DNA of 64,000 bases from Eledone cirrhosa. Lineage: Eukaryota. Both the position numbers and the translations under genes were made by a program. Positions 43,648 to 62,178 of this stretch are shown in pieces (within the stretch, counting starts at the first letter, position 1; the number at the start of each line of letters is the position of its first letter). Below the pieces are notes generated by a model. The model ran no database searches and was not told the origin of the DNA. It saw only the letters and a list, made by a program, of their open reading frames with translations. The DNA lies in contig OZ024742.1 in assembly GCA_964016885.1 (NCBI GenBank), forward strand, positions 307,892,001 to 307,956,000. The letters are read 5' to 3'.

Positions 43648-43830
43648 TTGGCAGTATCGGTAGAGGGTCGGACACTATTCTTTGACGCATAGAGTTACGG
43701 CCCTTGCCATTCTGAGTTCAAATCCCGCTGAGGTTGACTTTGCATTTCATCCTTACGGGGTCGATAAAATAAAGTACCAGTAATATACTGGGTAATTTTC
43801 TGGCCTTGTGCCTAAAGTAGAAACAATTAT
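43648..43830 (+). mobile_element. SINE family A with 12 bp TSD
   Basis: ATTATTCCTTGG at 43640-43651 and 43826-43837. Confidence 0.9.
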
Positions 43831-44028
43831 TCCTTGGACTGTTTATATTCAATATTGCTATTATTAAAAGTATTTCTTTTTAAGCTTCTGTATTCTGAAC
43901 GGAAGCAAAACAAACAGTAGAAAATTTAAGCGTATTTCGCTACTGAATATTCTTTTCAGGAATTTGAATTGTGATGAGAGCAACAGAACTGGAACAAACC
44001 CAAATGAAACCGGATCATAGCTATTTCC

Positions 44029-44085
<57 letters not shown>

Positions 44086-44689
44086 GCTGTTGGTGCTGAT
44101 GCTTTTCTTTGGTTTTTAGGATAAAAGTGGATTATTGCCAAGTTTTACTGGATGAAATGCTATCATTATTTTTGTTTTACGTTGGAAACAGTGTACTAGT
44201 ACTTCATAACACCGGGACATCTATGTCTATACCTGGGACGAACGTAAGGTCTGTTCTGTAGAAAATATTACATGTTAATATCTAGTGTATCAGTATAGTA
44301 GCGACGGACACTATAAACAAACAAAAAAAAAACAGTAGAGCTACAGACGTTGTATAAAAAGAAAATCCACTGATAATTGATGTCTCTTCTAAAATTTGTT
44401 GGAAAACGATTGAGTTCTATAAGGAAGAACGGAAAATACCATTCTTCATTGCTTTCAGAAGTTAATAATAATAACTTATCGTGATTGATAAAATATAAAG
44501 TTTCCCTCTCCATCCGTCCGTTGCATGTGTTTGTCTTCTTCACCGTATACTGTAAAATAAATACTTAAGTATTTCTGGTTCTGCCGGTTGTGGAATTATA
44601 CGAATCAGTGTTTCACCTGTATTTAAAGAATTTTTGACAGCATTTTGTATTCTTTTTTATTTTTCTCTTCGTTTCTAATCCTGTTGGGA

Positions 44690-44940
44690 AATCACAGCTC
44701 CGATACTACGGACATGTGGTCAGAATGTCCCAGGAAAGAATTACTGGACAGGTTGTACGGGTAACACCAGCCAGAAGGAGGCCGTATGATGGTTGGATAA
44801 TATCAATGAATTCTGCTAGTTTCGTTTGTGGTTCAAACCGTATGATTTGGAAGCAGTTACTTCTGACAGGAGGGCATGTTGAGGACTCTACACTCCCTCC
44901 CAATTCCCACCCAGGAATAGGGTTGCACAACAAAGAAGCA
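44690..44940 (+). mobile_element. Decayed RTE LINE 3' fragment
   Basis: QLRYYGHVVRMSQERI..PARRRP and ..VTSDRRA resemble the RTE C-terminus. Confidence 0.6.
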
Positions 44941-47900
44941 GTATATATTCGTCAGGATCAGCTAAAATATCTTAGGATAAAATAACACCAAAGATAATTA
45001 ACGCAGATCTAACCATCGCAGTTTTAATAAAAGCAGATGCACTCAAATATTACTCTGTTTCAGACAATATATGCAGCTATCAGAGTCGTTATAAATAAAA
45101 AGAAGTGATTACTCCAACCGATCAACCTCATAGACATAGTATTTAAAGAAGAAAAATAGGAAATCAGACAGTCCTAATAAAATAAATTAGGAAACTAAAC
45201 TATTAAAGGCAAATTGAAAGAAAATTACTGCACAAATATAACGTTAAAAAGAAGAACTAAACTCCAAATAATTCCTGAAACAAGAAGTTTCGTTAAATCG
45301 CAAAGAACGCAGCGTTGTGAAAATTTACAAATATATTCTGAATAAACCAGTTTGAATCCCACTCAAAACTATTTTAGCAAAAACTCGTTCAAAATGAAAT
45401 ATAAGTTAAAGCAACATCAACAGCAAGATAGATAGAATAATTCCGAGAAAAAGTATGTAAACTGAATACATCACCACAGACGCGATTGTTTAAAAACAAC
45501 ATACCACTTGACGTTTGAACATAATTGATACCTTGATACCACACAAAAACCATATAATTTACAAACCCCTGGAAGGAACCAGAATATAAGGAAATCCCAA
45601 AATTTCTGTAAAGATGAACTCATAAAAAAACTTTAATAGAATCTGTATAAGGGGAATGGATTATCAGGGCAAGGAGCGATGTCAAATTCATTTGACAGGG
45701 TTCCACATACATGGCATTTTGGAGCATTAACCCGAGTAAAGTAGAATTAATGATAGGCAGGCACATTAAATAAGTGTTGGGTAAATGCAAATAATTCTTA
45801 TGATACAAATAAAGGAAGAAACCATTATAAGTAACCCATTCTTATTTGAACGTAAGGATCTGAAAACGTGTCTGAATACCACTTATATGGCAATATATAG
45901 ATTCTAGAAATGAATGTGAAAATGATGATAAACAACACAGAAAGTATATTTGTATATTTAATAACTAAAAATAACGCCTGAAATATGATTGATGTTAGAA
46001 ACACATGATTGTGCTCTCGGCAACTGAATTGTTCAGTACAGTTGATTGAAAACTACTTGATATTTGAGACATGAAGTCATAAATGGAAATGTATCTTACA
46101 TGATATGACCCACAAGCTAATAAACACTGCATTTATATGCCAAGAGGCTCTTTCTTGTTGTTGTCTCCCTTTTCGAATACAAAATCAAAACGCTATGTTG
46201 ATTAGCACTATACAACATAATCTACATGCATCATACTCTACCTTCAAAAATCCAAACGTTAAAAAATAGAATTCAGTTAATAATGCACACAAAAGGAAAA
46301 CTAAGTACGGAAAAAACATGACAAATATTGATAGGAAATGAAACAAATAAAAATAGGAAAGTGAATAACAAATAAGAATATAGACATAACATATTTTCTA
46401 AAATGATAAAAAAAATAATAACCATCCCCTCCCCACTAAAAATATAATCACGATTTTCTAAAATCTAGTAAGGGCACTTAAATTGAAATCATCGGATAAT
46501 AGAATTAAACGAAATCTATAATCTGATTTCTGCATATGTTACTAATTTGAATGAACTATATTTGAAATGTAGTTCACTGTTTAAATATTGGATTATCTGA
46601 ATAATCACTTAAGTATAACAGAATTGTTATTATTCCATTTTCAGAAAACGAACATTCTCAGCCGAAGGATATTTCTATGTATTACAAATGATTATGCGAA
46701 GCAAGTGTTAACCCTATAAGGCATATTGAAAATAATACACTTTAATAGGAAGGATACTGGTACGTGACTTCTGATATTACTCAGGAAATGGTAAATTATA
46801 AGAAAGATCAGGTATATGCCTGTGCTTATCTCTGTGTAATGTATCTTTATAAAGGAGTAGGTTATTTCTTATGGTGATACGATGTGATAACATTGCTGCT
46901 CTATGATTTATAGACGCTGGTAAAATCATGTATGAAATATATTTTGATTTGGATTGAAACTACGACACTGCAACAGTAAAGTAATGATGCCATCATGTCG
47001 ATATGTTTCATTAATTCGCTAGATATTTGTTGAGATTTCGTGTAGAATATCCCACCTTACAGATGTAGGCTACAACAAATACAGACATGTATCATTTGGA
47101 ACATAAATTAGTTTTCAGCCCATAGGTATAATTTCTACAATTTTCTAAACTATTATTTATTGCAATCGAATGCGTTTAAAGCCATTATCTGCGTTTCGAA
47201 TATAATAATGTTCATACTTATTAAATAATTAGAGCTTAGTGTTATTTGAGTTAGGACATATACAACCCTTGCGTTTGTAAATAAAGCTAGAGATACTGAG
47301 AAGTGAAAGGATTGAAAATGACGTCATTTTTGTCTCCGTTATTAGGTAAGTTACTGCTTCTCACAACGTCACTTCAATGCACTCGAATTTCTATTAATGA
47401 TTAATAACAAAGTCTAATTATTGCATTATAATCAATAGAAAATAGATATACATACAGAGTGGTTTTATTAATGTCATGCAAAGGGCGTATTTAAATAAAT
47501 TGACGTCATATATTGCCATTTATTTTAATACAAGTACACTTGCATTAAAATTATTGACGTTTCTCCCCCTCCTCGTTCAGATCAAAAACGGCAAAAGAAT
47601 ATAGAAGAAAACGAAAATTAAAATAATAAAAATAGACATTGAACGTCGTGTGTACTTAATCAAATCGATATTAATGCAAAAATCACTACTGCTTTAAGAC
47701 ATTTTCAAGTTTTCAAATGATATATATTTTTTTCTTTAGCTAGAAATAAGCATTCTATCTTCTCTCAGTTTCCCTCATTCAATTCTCACTATCCTATAAA
47801 CATTTCTCACTATATCACTCCGTTTATGTTTATATATATATATATATATATGTATATATGTGTGTGTATGTATGTGTGTGTACATATATATATATACATA

Positions 47901-48392
47901 AGCCTCGTGGATAAATCCAAGAGCGGGTATATCCACAGAAAAGGAACGAAACTACCGGTAGTCGAGTCTAGAGGAATTTTAGTAAAGTTTATATGCATTC
48001 TTTCTTCAAATTTCTATTTTATACCAAACTCCGTGTAGTTGATTATTTGTCTAGTCAATTTCTACGGACTAAAAGGAATGACTTGGTAAATTTTATTTGG
48101 CTGTCCCTCGCGGAAGATAGTCTGTATCATTTGTCTATTATTTCTTCATAGTTACATTTTAAACTTATAGCCTCGTTTAAATGATCAATCATGTGGTCGA
48201 TTTATATGGACTAGGGAGAGGAAATACTGTATATATTTTATCTAATAGTTCTTGAAATCTGCAATTTTATATATAGCTCTGAATAATGATTATTTGCTTA
48301 ATTAATTCTTCATTGAGCCACACCGTGAAAGGTAGCCAAACTCATATATGTATCTGTGACTATGTCTAATTATATATATATATACCTTTGAA

Positions 48393-48421
<29 letters not shown>

Positions 48422-48428
<7 letters not shown>

Positions 48429-49060
48429 ATACTTGGGGAGGGTCATATTTGTGTAATATTGCCAGAATTAATAACAGAACACACTCACTGTTTGGTTGGT
48501 TTTCGCTTTTCGCTTCTGTGTCTTTTATATCGGTAATCTAATTTATTCGGTCCTCAATGTTGCCATTGACTGACCAACGGTCAAAAATAATACAGATACA
48601 ATATAGACACAAACACATATATATAGTTTATCAAAGTTCTTTCGTTGCACATCTGCAACATCGTCAGTGGTGCTATTGTTTCCTCCAGTTACATTGTATT
48701 TTCTACGCCATCTTTATTTAGACTAAATAAAGATGGCGTAGAAAATACGATGTAACGGGATGAAACAATAGCACCACTGATGAAGTTGCAGATGTGCAAC
48801 GAAAGAACTTTGATAAACTATATATGTGTGTTTGTGTCTATATTGTATCTGTATTATTTTTGACCGTTGGTCAGTCAATGGCAACATTGAGGACCGAATA
48901 AATTAGATTACCGATATAAAAGACACAGAAGCGAAAAACAAAATCCAACCAAACAGTGAGTGTGTTCTGTTATTAATTCTGGCAATATTACACAAATATG
49001 ACCCACCCCGAGTATAACAATATTTGTTTGACACACGATTTCATATCAAAAACCTCGCAA

Positions 49061-49066
<6 letters not shown>
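48422..49066. mobile_element. Head-to-head fold-back element with ~300 bp arms and two HHRs (48623-48676 minus, 48768-48821 plus)
   Basis: Centre tttatttagactaaataaa at ~48712-48731; CTGA(T/C)GA-n-gttgca(gatg)tgcaac-GAAA-gaac-TT in each arm; (TA)n on both sides. Confidence 0.88.
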
Positions 49067-49102
<36 letters not shown>

Positions 49103-49107
49103 ATATG

Positions 49108-49178
<71 letters not shown>

Positions 49179-49187
49179 AACGAAGGA

Positions 49188-49227
<40 letters not shown>

Positions 49228-49393
49228 TTATTTGGGTGTGTTGGTTCACCATTGGATAGTCATTCTATATATATATTAAATTCAAAGGGGTATATATGTA
49301 TATAATTAGACATAGTCTAATTATATTTATATATACGTATATATACACATATATATACAAATACATATATATATATATACATAAATATATATG

Positions 49394-49457
<64 letters not shown>

Positions 49458-49464
49458 CATACAT

Positions 49465-53200
<3,736 letters not shown>

Positions 53201-53423
53201 TATATATATGTATATATATATATGTATGTATATATATATATTTGTATATATATATATATGTATGTATATATATATATATTTGTATATATATATATGTATG
53301 TATATTTATATATTTGTATATATATATATGTATGTATATTTATATATTTGTATATATATATATGTATATATACGTATATATATGTATATATGTATATACA
53401 AAATATATATATACACACACACA

Positions 53424-53526
<103 letters not shown>

Positions 53527-53734
53527 CACGTGAAGTCGAGAATGCACCGAAGTGTATTTAAAGATTTGTTTTTAATCGAACAGAATGAATAATTTTATGA
53601 TTTTTACATTAAATATAACCGGTGTCGCTTGGTATGACAATTTTATCCAATATTAAATATCTAAAGACATGTTTCTTCCTGTATTCTGTTAGCAAAATGT
53701 ATTCTTTTTTCTGTGAGCAAACACAGTTTTAGAA

Positions 53735-53975
53735 ACTGGGCCTGGAGAAATGATACAACACTATCCAGCCACATATGAGACCTCCGTGAAAATAACACCA
53801 CCTCCGCTTTGAAATGAAGTACTTTGTCCAAAAGCAGACCTTATACGGGGTGGGAATCGCCTGTGCAATTGATGCTCCGAAGAAACCATCTACATTCTGT
53901 TCGGTATGGAACAACTACTAAACCAAAAGGACGAACTTGTGACTTCGTGCAAACACCGGGCATACAAGATCTACC
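53735..53975 (+). mobile_element. Decayed Penelope-like endonuclease C-terminus
   Basis: TTLSSHI*DL..K*STLSKSRPY..CN*C.EE..IL..LLNQKDELVTSCKH. Confidence 0.6.
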
Positions 53976-54399
53976 TCAAGCTCAGATCTTCTCACGATAC
54001 AGGAGAAAGAGTATTTCCCAACATATGCACCACGACACCAATCCAATTGTTGCACAAAAATGACAACACACATCCATGCACTTCATTATAAAAGTAACAA
54101 TAACCAGTCGTACGCGGACAACCCCGATACTGCACACACTTATATGTGTGTATGTGTGTGTATGGGTCTGTCTCCTATATAATAGCGGTTGGACAGATAG
54201 AAATAGTTAAATTGTGTGCCTAACTGAAAAAATACGTATTTGTGTCGATGTCGATTCGATCCGTTTAATATTGGCTTAAATTAGCGATCTCATTAACCAA
54301 TTCCTTCTGCATAATCTCAAAATAGAATTCCATTATACAGAAAGAATATTATATTGAAATGATGTAATTCTATATTTAGATAAATGAAACCATTAAACA

Positions 54400-54650
54400 A
54401 ACATCGCCGTCATTTTTTCAAAGAATTTGGATTTATCATCATCATAGAAACCAACTTGAACAAAAGCAACAGTTTGAATGCTGGATTAGATTTACCTACG
54501 TCATTATATTACCATTTCAGGAAATCAAACGAATGTTTGAAGTATATACATGAACTTTCGAATACGATTCTGAACTTTAGCCACACTTTACTTAGAAATA
54601 TACCGCTTAGATTGTCTAACCACTCCTCTACACCGTACTACAAGCCGAAC
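54400..54650 (+). mobile_element. Decayed Penelope-like RT thumb fragment
   Basis: FKEFGF.IIIETNL..LDL....YYHFRKSN..LKYIHELSN..IPLRLSNHSS. Confidence 0.55.
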
Positions 54651-54947
54651 CTTGCAAGAATGACTTTAATGAGAAAATGATATCTATTATATGGTCCACG
54701 CTTCGACCATTACTAGTATGCGTAGAGGTATAACAATAAAATCTATGCCAAATGATATAATCCCCTGATTAATGAGGCTGTGGTGACGCCTCTAGTAAGT
54801 TTCTGCTTGAAATTACATAAAAAGCTCTCCCTGCTTATACATAAATATGAATTTTTAATACGAACGTCATTAAAGTTTCGTATTCTAAAAAACAAAATTT
54901 CTTTGAAAACTTTGCTATGTTTAACATGCATTATTTTATTTCACAAA

Positions 54948-55140
54948 GAGGACGGTGGATTGGCAGTATCGCTAGAGGGTCGGACGCCATGCTTTCCAGC
55001 ATAGTTACGTCCCTTTACGATCTGAGTTCAAATCCCGCCGAGGTTGACTTTACCTTTCAGCCTTACGGGGTCGATAAAATAAAGTACCAGTAATGCACTG
55101 GGTAATTGCTGGCCTTGTGCCTAAAGTAGAAACAATTATT
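54948..55140 (+). mobile_element. SINE family A with 18 bp TSD
   Basis: ATTATTTTATTTCACAAA at 54930-54947 and 55135-55152. Confidence 0.92.
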
Positions 55141-57238
55141 TTATTTCACAAAATCATTTTACACAGATTTCCATCCTTAACGCAATTATACATAGAAATA
55201 GTATCTAGCTAGTGGTATAGTTTATCAACGTAAAACTAATAATTAAATACAAAACTAATAAGTCATCACATATCTATATCGATCTGACACGTATCCCTTT
55301 TATTTGACGCTATAATATCCATACCCTTCATTTCAAAATCTCACTAGAACTAATGAAACTTTATTATTCCGTTTCGTTTGCGATTTGAGAAGGACAAATT
55401 TGCATTGCAATCTAAATTAGAGTTTCAATTCTAGTAGTAAACTACATGCATGCAGCAAGACATCTTATATGTTATACTGAGATGAAAGCTTTTCCATCTT
55501 ACGCACCAAAGAACTGATTCTTAATAAACTCAACGAAATGATTTCTTTCTTTATACATAAAACCTTTCTACGTTATTGATCTAGCTGCTAGTTCCAGCAA
55601 ATAGGCACCATTTCTAAGCGGAAGATATGTCAACATTATTAGGCCTTGCTTGTAATGTTGTCAAATCAATTACTATCATTACATACTCTAATATTGATAT
55701 AACATCCTATGTACATAAAATGATCGTGAATTACAAACATGCCCTTTGGATGATAAAGAATCCACCTGACATTCTTTTTGATATAGGCATGGGTTCAAAC
55801 AGGTCTAGTCGAAATTAACAATCCCATTGGCAGTTTCCTTGTACAAACTCTAATGATTAAGTATGCTAATATAGACTATTTTAAGTATGCTAATACTGAC
55901 TACTGACTATTTTAGGAACCTCTAAACTAATTTGCTACTACTCCATATTACAAACTTTACCAACGACCTGCATCCCTTTCTCCATTTTTTAATACACTTC
56001 AGCTTTGCATTACTTCTACAGCTAGCAACAAAGTTTTAAAACTGTTTTGTTTCTCACACTCTTTATAGAAATAACGCACATGCCACTCATAATATAGTAG
56101 TACATTGTATTTTCCTATCTATTTCACCTATAGAAATAGTTTTCTTCTTCCTAACCTTATCAGAAGCCGCTCATATATTCTTAATTAGATAACTACACAA
56201 AACGTAATATAAACATACGAGCAAAGATTTAGCACATTGGCATTATTCCAAATTAGCTAACATCTACCCCACCCTACCTTTTTTTATTTAAATAGCTAAC
56301 TAGTTGATATGTTATAATCTATACCAAGACGTCAGCCTACGTAACCTATTTATTTGTTCCTTTCAAATTTACAATTATATATCTAGAACATAACCATGCA
56401 AACCCATATAAAACAACTGCATCTTCCTATATTAATATTTACCACTCTAAGATATAGTTATTTAATTTAAATTCTCAGTTATTTCACACATCATTCACGT
56501 ATAACTACATATTACTATTTTATACACAAGGCTCCCTTTACAAACAAATTTGACACCCAGATCTAAAAACTAATCAAGACAATTGCTAATTCTTTAATAT
56601 ATATTAATTATTTTCTCATCTTTCTTATCTTTCCTATCTTTTTATTTTTTCTTATCTCTCTGATCTTCTTTATTTGGAAAGAAAAGACAACCTTTACAAT
56701 GGGCACAGATGGAAATAAATATACAATTTATTTCCCTTTAGCTAGATTTCTATTGAACAATTTGTTATTGTTATTAACCCAAACAATTTAATTATTTACC
56801 TTCAATTTGCATATATTTACAATACAATTTAATTTCATTCTTCATAAACCTTTCATATAAACACTTTTAATTTTCTTATTCTTTCTATTTTACTTTTATT
56901 CATTAATCGTTTATTAAAATGCTTCCAAAGTAGCTAAGCAGGTATGTTCACATTGAGATACTTTAATAATGGCCCAAAGTAACTTATTCCTCTTCGTGTT
57001 TTGCTCTTTATGTAAAATCAAACCAAATCTTCGGTTTGTTAGTTTTCTTAAGCATTGATAACAGACAAACGTCTATTTTCTGTTTTCTCCTTTGGAAAAG
57101 TGGCACTTAGATTAGATTTCCCTTGAGACATAGTTTCAATTGTTTTTTCTAACTTCCACTTTTTTCACGATTTTATCCGTTTTATTAGTTTCTCATACAC
57201 TCACTGCCATTTATCTATATCTAACAACTCTAAAATAT

Positions 57239-57755
57239 ACAAATATCATGTGTAAAGCTCGAATTTTCGAGGTTATGAAGCACTGAAGAAATAAATTTAT
57301 AAAAGATGTGGGATGCTAAAGAGCAGAATATAGCTGCAATTACAGGTCAGTTGCTATAAAATAGCTTATAAAAATATGGCAAAGAGACGGATATGAAATG
57401 GTTAAGTAATCATATCGATGGCCTCCCTACAGCCCCGGCGGACAGAATGGAGAAGGCGTTTCCCCGGAGGATGTTAAGGGATATGTAGAGATGGAAAAAG
57501 ATGTTGCCAGCAGCTGCATCGAGGAATCGAACTTCGTATTTCACACCAATGAGTTAAGGGACATCTGAAAACATATTGGTATCCAATTTAAAGTGCTGAC
57601 TTAAACAGCTTTTGAAAATGTAAACAAATATCGAGTGTGAAGCTCGAACTTCGAACTTACAAAGTGCTGAGGAAATAAATTTATAGATGTAGGATGCTTA
57701 AGCAAGAAAATAACTGCATTTACAGGCAGGTGCTATAAAATAGCATATAAAAATA
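57239..57755 (+). repeat. Diverged ~135 bp direct repeat pair
   Basis: acaaatatc..aagctcgaa..gaaataaatttata..tgctataaaatagc.tataaaaata at 57239-57376 and 57624-57755. Confidence 0.75.
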
Positions 57756-58526
57756 GTGTTAAATATCGAGGTTCGAACACTATGTTTGTTAACATTTTCA
57801 AATAATGAGACAGATTTACGAGACAAAACAAGTATAGGAAATTTCCAGATTCCTGAGACTTATTTCATAAGGAAGCAGAAGCCAAATCATTTTTGTTTCG
57901 TACTCCAAACTTCTATATCAAGCCTGTTTTGGGAGTGTATCAGAATTGATTTCCAAATATTTCTTATTCAGGAATATATGAATACAGCCAAGAGCAAGAA
58001 TATATTATTTTATATTTGTCCAAGAGCATTGCGACCTAGCGATGACATCGTGCATTGATTTAACAACATCATATCCAATAGAAAGGTGGTGTTTCGTTGA
58101 CATATTTGCACCATCTACAGATTGTATATATGCAATGCATTCTTCAAATGTGTGAGATAATCGACACTTCCGATTGCCTCTTGAGGATTTAAGCACTTCA
58201 TTGTCTCTTTTGTTTAAAAAGAATTTAATAGCCATTTCTGGATTTTGGTTTCCGAATGCATAACCACCGAGGTGTGATGTGATGCAACAGTCGTAAGTCA
58301 AAGTGAGTCTACATTTCATTTAGATATTTACACCAGTCTCAGTTTTCCTGGAAATAATACTAACCATCATTTCATTTTAGATTAAGGCACATAAGTAAAA
58401 TGCTGGTAGTGACACGTTGCGACTGCATTTTACATGACCCATCAGATCGAGCAGAAAATGTTATAATGGATACAGTCCACATCATCGAATTAAAAATTAT
58501 TTGATGTTTGTTTCCCGGTAATTTTC

Positions 58527-58810
58527 ATAGTTTATTTCAAGGGAGTTTTTGTGATGATTTGGGGTTTGTGTTTTACTAATAATATAGTTTATTTCAAGGG
58601 AGTTTTGTGATGATTTGGGGTTTGTGTTTTACTAATGATATAGTTTATTTCAAGGGAGTTTTGTGATGATTTGGGGTTTGTGTTTTACTAATAATATAGT
58701 TTATTTCAAGGGAGTTTTGTGATGATTTGGGGTTTGTATTTTACTAATAATATAGTTTATTTCGAGGGAGTTTTGTGATGATTTGAGGTTTGTGTTTTAC
58801 TAATAATATA
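58527..58810 (+). repeat. 56 bp minisatellite, 5 copies
   Basis: atagtttatttcaagggagttttgtgatgatttggggtttgtgttttactaataat at 58527, 58584, 58640, 58696 and 58752. Confidence 0.95.
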
Positions 58811-58944
58811 TCTTCCATATATTATAATTATGAATAAAGCAACAAGATTAGTTTTAACAATGTTAGACGATAGTATCTAGAATTCCACGTTTAAAAAAAA
58901 ACTAGTTAATTAACCGTACCAGTTGTATTATGTGTAATATAATG

Positions 58945-59458
58945 GAAGGTACTCCGTCGGTTACGACGACGAGTGTTCCGGTTGATCCAATCAACGGAAC
59001 AGCCTTCTCATCAAATTAACGTGCAAAAGGGTGAGAATTCCACAAACACATATACCCATAACGTAGTTCTCAAGAAGATTCGGCGTGACACAGAATGTGA
59101 CAAGGCAGGCCCCGAGAATTACATGTATAACTCATTTTTGCCAGCTGAGTGGACTGGAGCAATGTGAAATAAAGTGTCTTCTTCAAGAAATCCGCCGGGA
59201 ATCGAACTTACAGTAACATGATAAGGGTAGTGGATTGGCAGAATCGGTACATCGTCGGACAACATGCTGAAGGCATAGAGTTACAACCCTTTACGTTCTG
59301 AGTTCAAATCCCGCCGAAGTTAGGATTGCCTTTCATCTTTACGGGGTCGAAAAAGTAAAGCACCAATAACACTCTGGGGTATTTTTAATCTACTTTCCTC
59401 TCCCCCGAAATTGCTGGCCTTGTGCCTATAATAGAAACAACCATTAGTAACATAATAA
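58945..59458. mobile_element. SINE family B (minus, 58945-59210) with a family A SINE (plus, 59225-59445) inserted at its head
   Basis: TSD agtaacat(g/a)ataa at 59212-59224 and 59446-59458. Confidence 0.8.
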
Positions 59459-59799
59459 CCAAAATACTGACAGAAATCTAGCACACGTGAAATAACCTGA
59501 GTTAGACATTTAATTATTCCATACCGGCAATGAGAATTATATACCGATCCTTTTTTGCATATTACAACACGCTGTAACGTTGTACAAATATCACCTTTTC
59601 ATTCAGATAATGGAATTGAATAACTTATTGGACTTAGAAATCTTATTTCTCCATTCCTCCAAACAAAATATATAGCAAATATAGAAAGTCCTTAATGAAA
59701 AAGCTCAAATACATTCACATCTTCAATACTGTACAGAACATATATGCACACACACATATGCATACAGGAAAACACAAACACATACACCCAACACGGGCA

Positions 59800-59892
<93 letters not shown>

Positions 59893-59907
59893 ACACACAC
59901 ACACACA

Positions 59908-59950
<43 letters not shown>

Positions 59951-59969
59951 GCATATATATATATATATA

Positions 59970-60047
59970 CAGGATGTCCTCCAAAAATGTACACACACTT
60001 TGCTCAGAATACTGTTGAAGTGAGCATACATTTTGGGGAACACTCTG
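59970..60047. mobile_element. 78 bp Tc1/mariner-type MITE
   Basis: Imperfect TIRs CAGGATGTCCTCCAAAAATGTA.. / ..TACATTTTGGGGAACACTCTG with TA on both sides. Confidence 0.7.
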
Positions 60048-61095
60048 TATATATATATATATTTACACACATGTATATATATGTGTATTTGTGTTCATGT
60101 GTGATTTCTGTAAGTTTATTTATTTAGAGATATGTGGGAGTGTGTGGGCGTAAAATTGTGTATGCATATGACGCATTCTTTTCTTTTTTAATTTTTGCAA
60201 TACAATGTTGGTATCTAGTGAATAAAAATATAATTATCCAATATAAAGATCATCTCCTGGATATAATTTCTATTTCTTCCTAAAATATTGTTTTGCTAGG
60301 CCGCAATGACTCAAGCAGAATAATGGCAAATTAATAAAACGTACAAAGATTGTATGATTTCTCTTCAAATTCAATTTATCTTCACTTGATAATAACGCTT
60401 GTTATTTAGTTTTAGACGATCTTTTATGTTGTATACTGACGTTTCCATGATATAAATGCCATCCGCCATGAATGGAATAATGTGGTTCCCTATTCGTTTC
60501 ATTGCCTGAAACCACATTTTTAATAGTTTAATCAGTTTCGACCCCGTAATTGTTGAATGTATAATAAATAGATCCGAAACAAAAACAAAGAAGAAAAATA
60601 AAATAGTTTATTTATAAACGAAAATGTATAAATAGACAGCAAGCATTCGGTATTGACTTTTTCTTGGTTTTTGTTAACTAAAAGTTTTCGAAAGCAACAT
60701 ATGTGAAAATAATGGAGATTAAATCTGTATAGTCTCAGACCATTTGAAATGCAATGTCAAACATCCAATGGATTCGTATACCTACAATTGGGAAACACTA
60801 CCCTCTACGAATATTTTCTTTCATTCCTAACACATGTATAGATAGAATCAAATGATTTATAGTTGATTGGGGCCATTACTAATCGCGAATTCTCGCTATG
60901 AATTGTCTATCGACCATATATATATATGTATATATATGTATATATATATGTGTGTGTGTGTGTGTGTATGTATGTGTGTGTATGTGTGTGTGTGTGTGTG
61001 AATGAAGTGATTCCGTCGGAAAGGTCCAGGAAAAAGAGTGCTCTATGTAAGTTACAGAGCTTATTAGTTATGTAATAAACAACATAAGATAATTA

Positions 61096-61155
61096 TTTCA
61101 TTTACCAGTGGTTTCTTGAAAGCAACCAAAATTGCTTTCATTCATCAGAATGAAA
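61096..61155 (-). ncRNA. Type I HHR, same family as 27475-27534
   Basis: tttcatt-CTGATGA-a-tgaaagcaa(ttttgg)ttgctttca-a-GAAA-cc(act)gg-TA-aatgaaa. Confidence 0.85.
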
Positions 61156-61554
61156 AAATCCTGGTCTCTTTATTGACAGTGGATTTGAAAAACAAAAATA
61201 TAACAGATATGAAAGTGAGGCTGGAGGAAAAAAAAGGGGGGGGGGGGAGAATAATAAATAAGAATATATAACAACACACACGTACACACACACACGTACA
61301 CACATGCACACACGCACACACACTCACATATACACACATATATACATATATATATACATATATACACGCATATATACACATATATATACACAGAGACACA
61401 TATGCACACACACAAATACATATGCACACACACAAATAAGAATAAATAATCATAGTAGGCCGTCACATACAAATAAGCAAATAAAAAATAAGGATTAAGA
61501 AAATAAAAAAATAAAAATATTAAGTTGACAGCGATACAAGACGGCAAAATTTTA

Positions 61555-61591
<37 letters not shown>

Positions 61592-61594
61592 GAC

Positions 61595-61837
61595 CAAACG
61601 CACGTGGTAAGCAAAGATAACAACATCCCGTACTTTCTCGGTTGGTCTATTTTAGACCAAAGGAGCACAAAGAATTGTTCTTTGTGTACCACTGAAAAAT
61701 TCATAATTCTACAGAATTTGAATGCCACTTCAATTTGCCTTAACTCCAAGACCGAGATCTTCAGATGTTGTCCTCACCTGAAATCTCATCTGCTCTGTAA
61801 CTGGATTGACATTCCTACGATGACTCAACTACCTTGA
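61595..61837 (+). mobile_element. Penelope-like endonuclease C-terminal fragment
   Basis: WSIL..CSLCTTEKFIIL..LNSKTEIFRCCPH. Confidence 0.65.
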
Positions 61838-62113
61838 ACTCCTTCTTTGCTTCGATGACTTAACCACCTTGAACTTCTTCTTTGCTCTTTACTCCTTACA
61901 TCTACTACGACTTTTATTACTCTCTGAACTCACTTTCGGTACCCTTATTTTCTCTTTCTCACTTATCTCCTCTTATTTTTTAACTTTTTCTTCTGTTATT
62001 TATTTTCCTTATTCCCACCTACTCTCTACCTTACCCTTTACATGACCACCCCCTTTTGATTTTTAGATATTAAATTTACGTGTATGTATGTTGTTGTGTA
62101 TATGTGTATATAA

Positions 62114-62157
<44 letters not shown>

Positions 62158-62178
62158 GTGTGTATATGTATGTAATAA

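Noticed and set aside
46645-46690. Possible terminal exon after a ttttcag acceptor (ENEHSQPKDISMYYK*)
   Set aside because: Too short, with no supporting upstream exon; such motifs arise by chance in AT-rich DNA
55640-57230. Strand-biased region that may be an ancient LINE remnant
   Set aside because: No RT or endonuclease motif recognisable in any frame
58527-58810. Regular repeat that might suggest a CRISPR array
   Set aside because: Units are contiguous near-identical copies with no unique spacers; eukaryotic context with no cas genes
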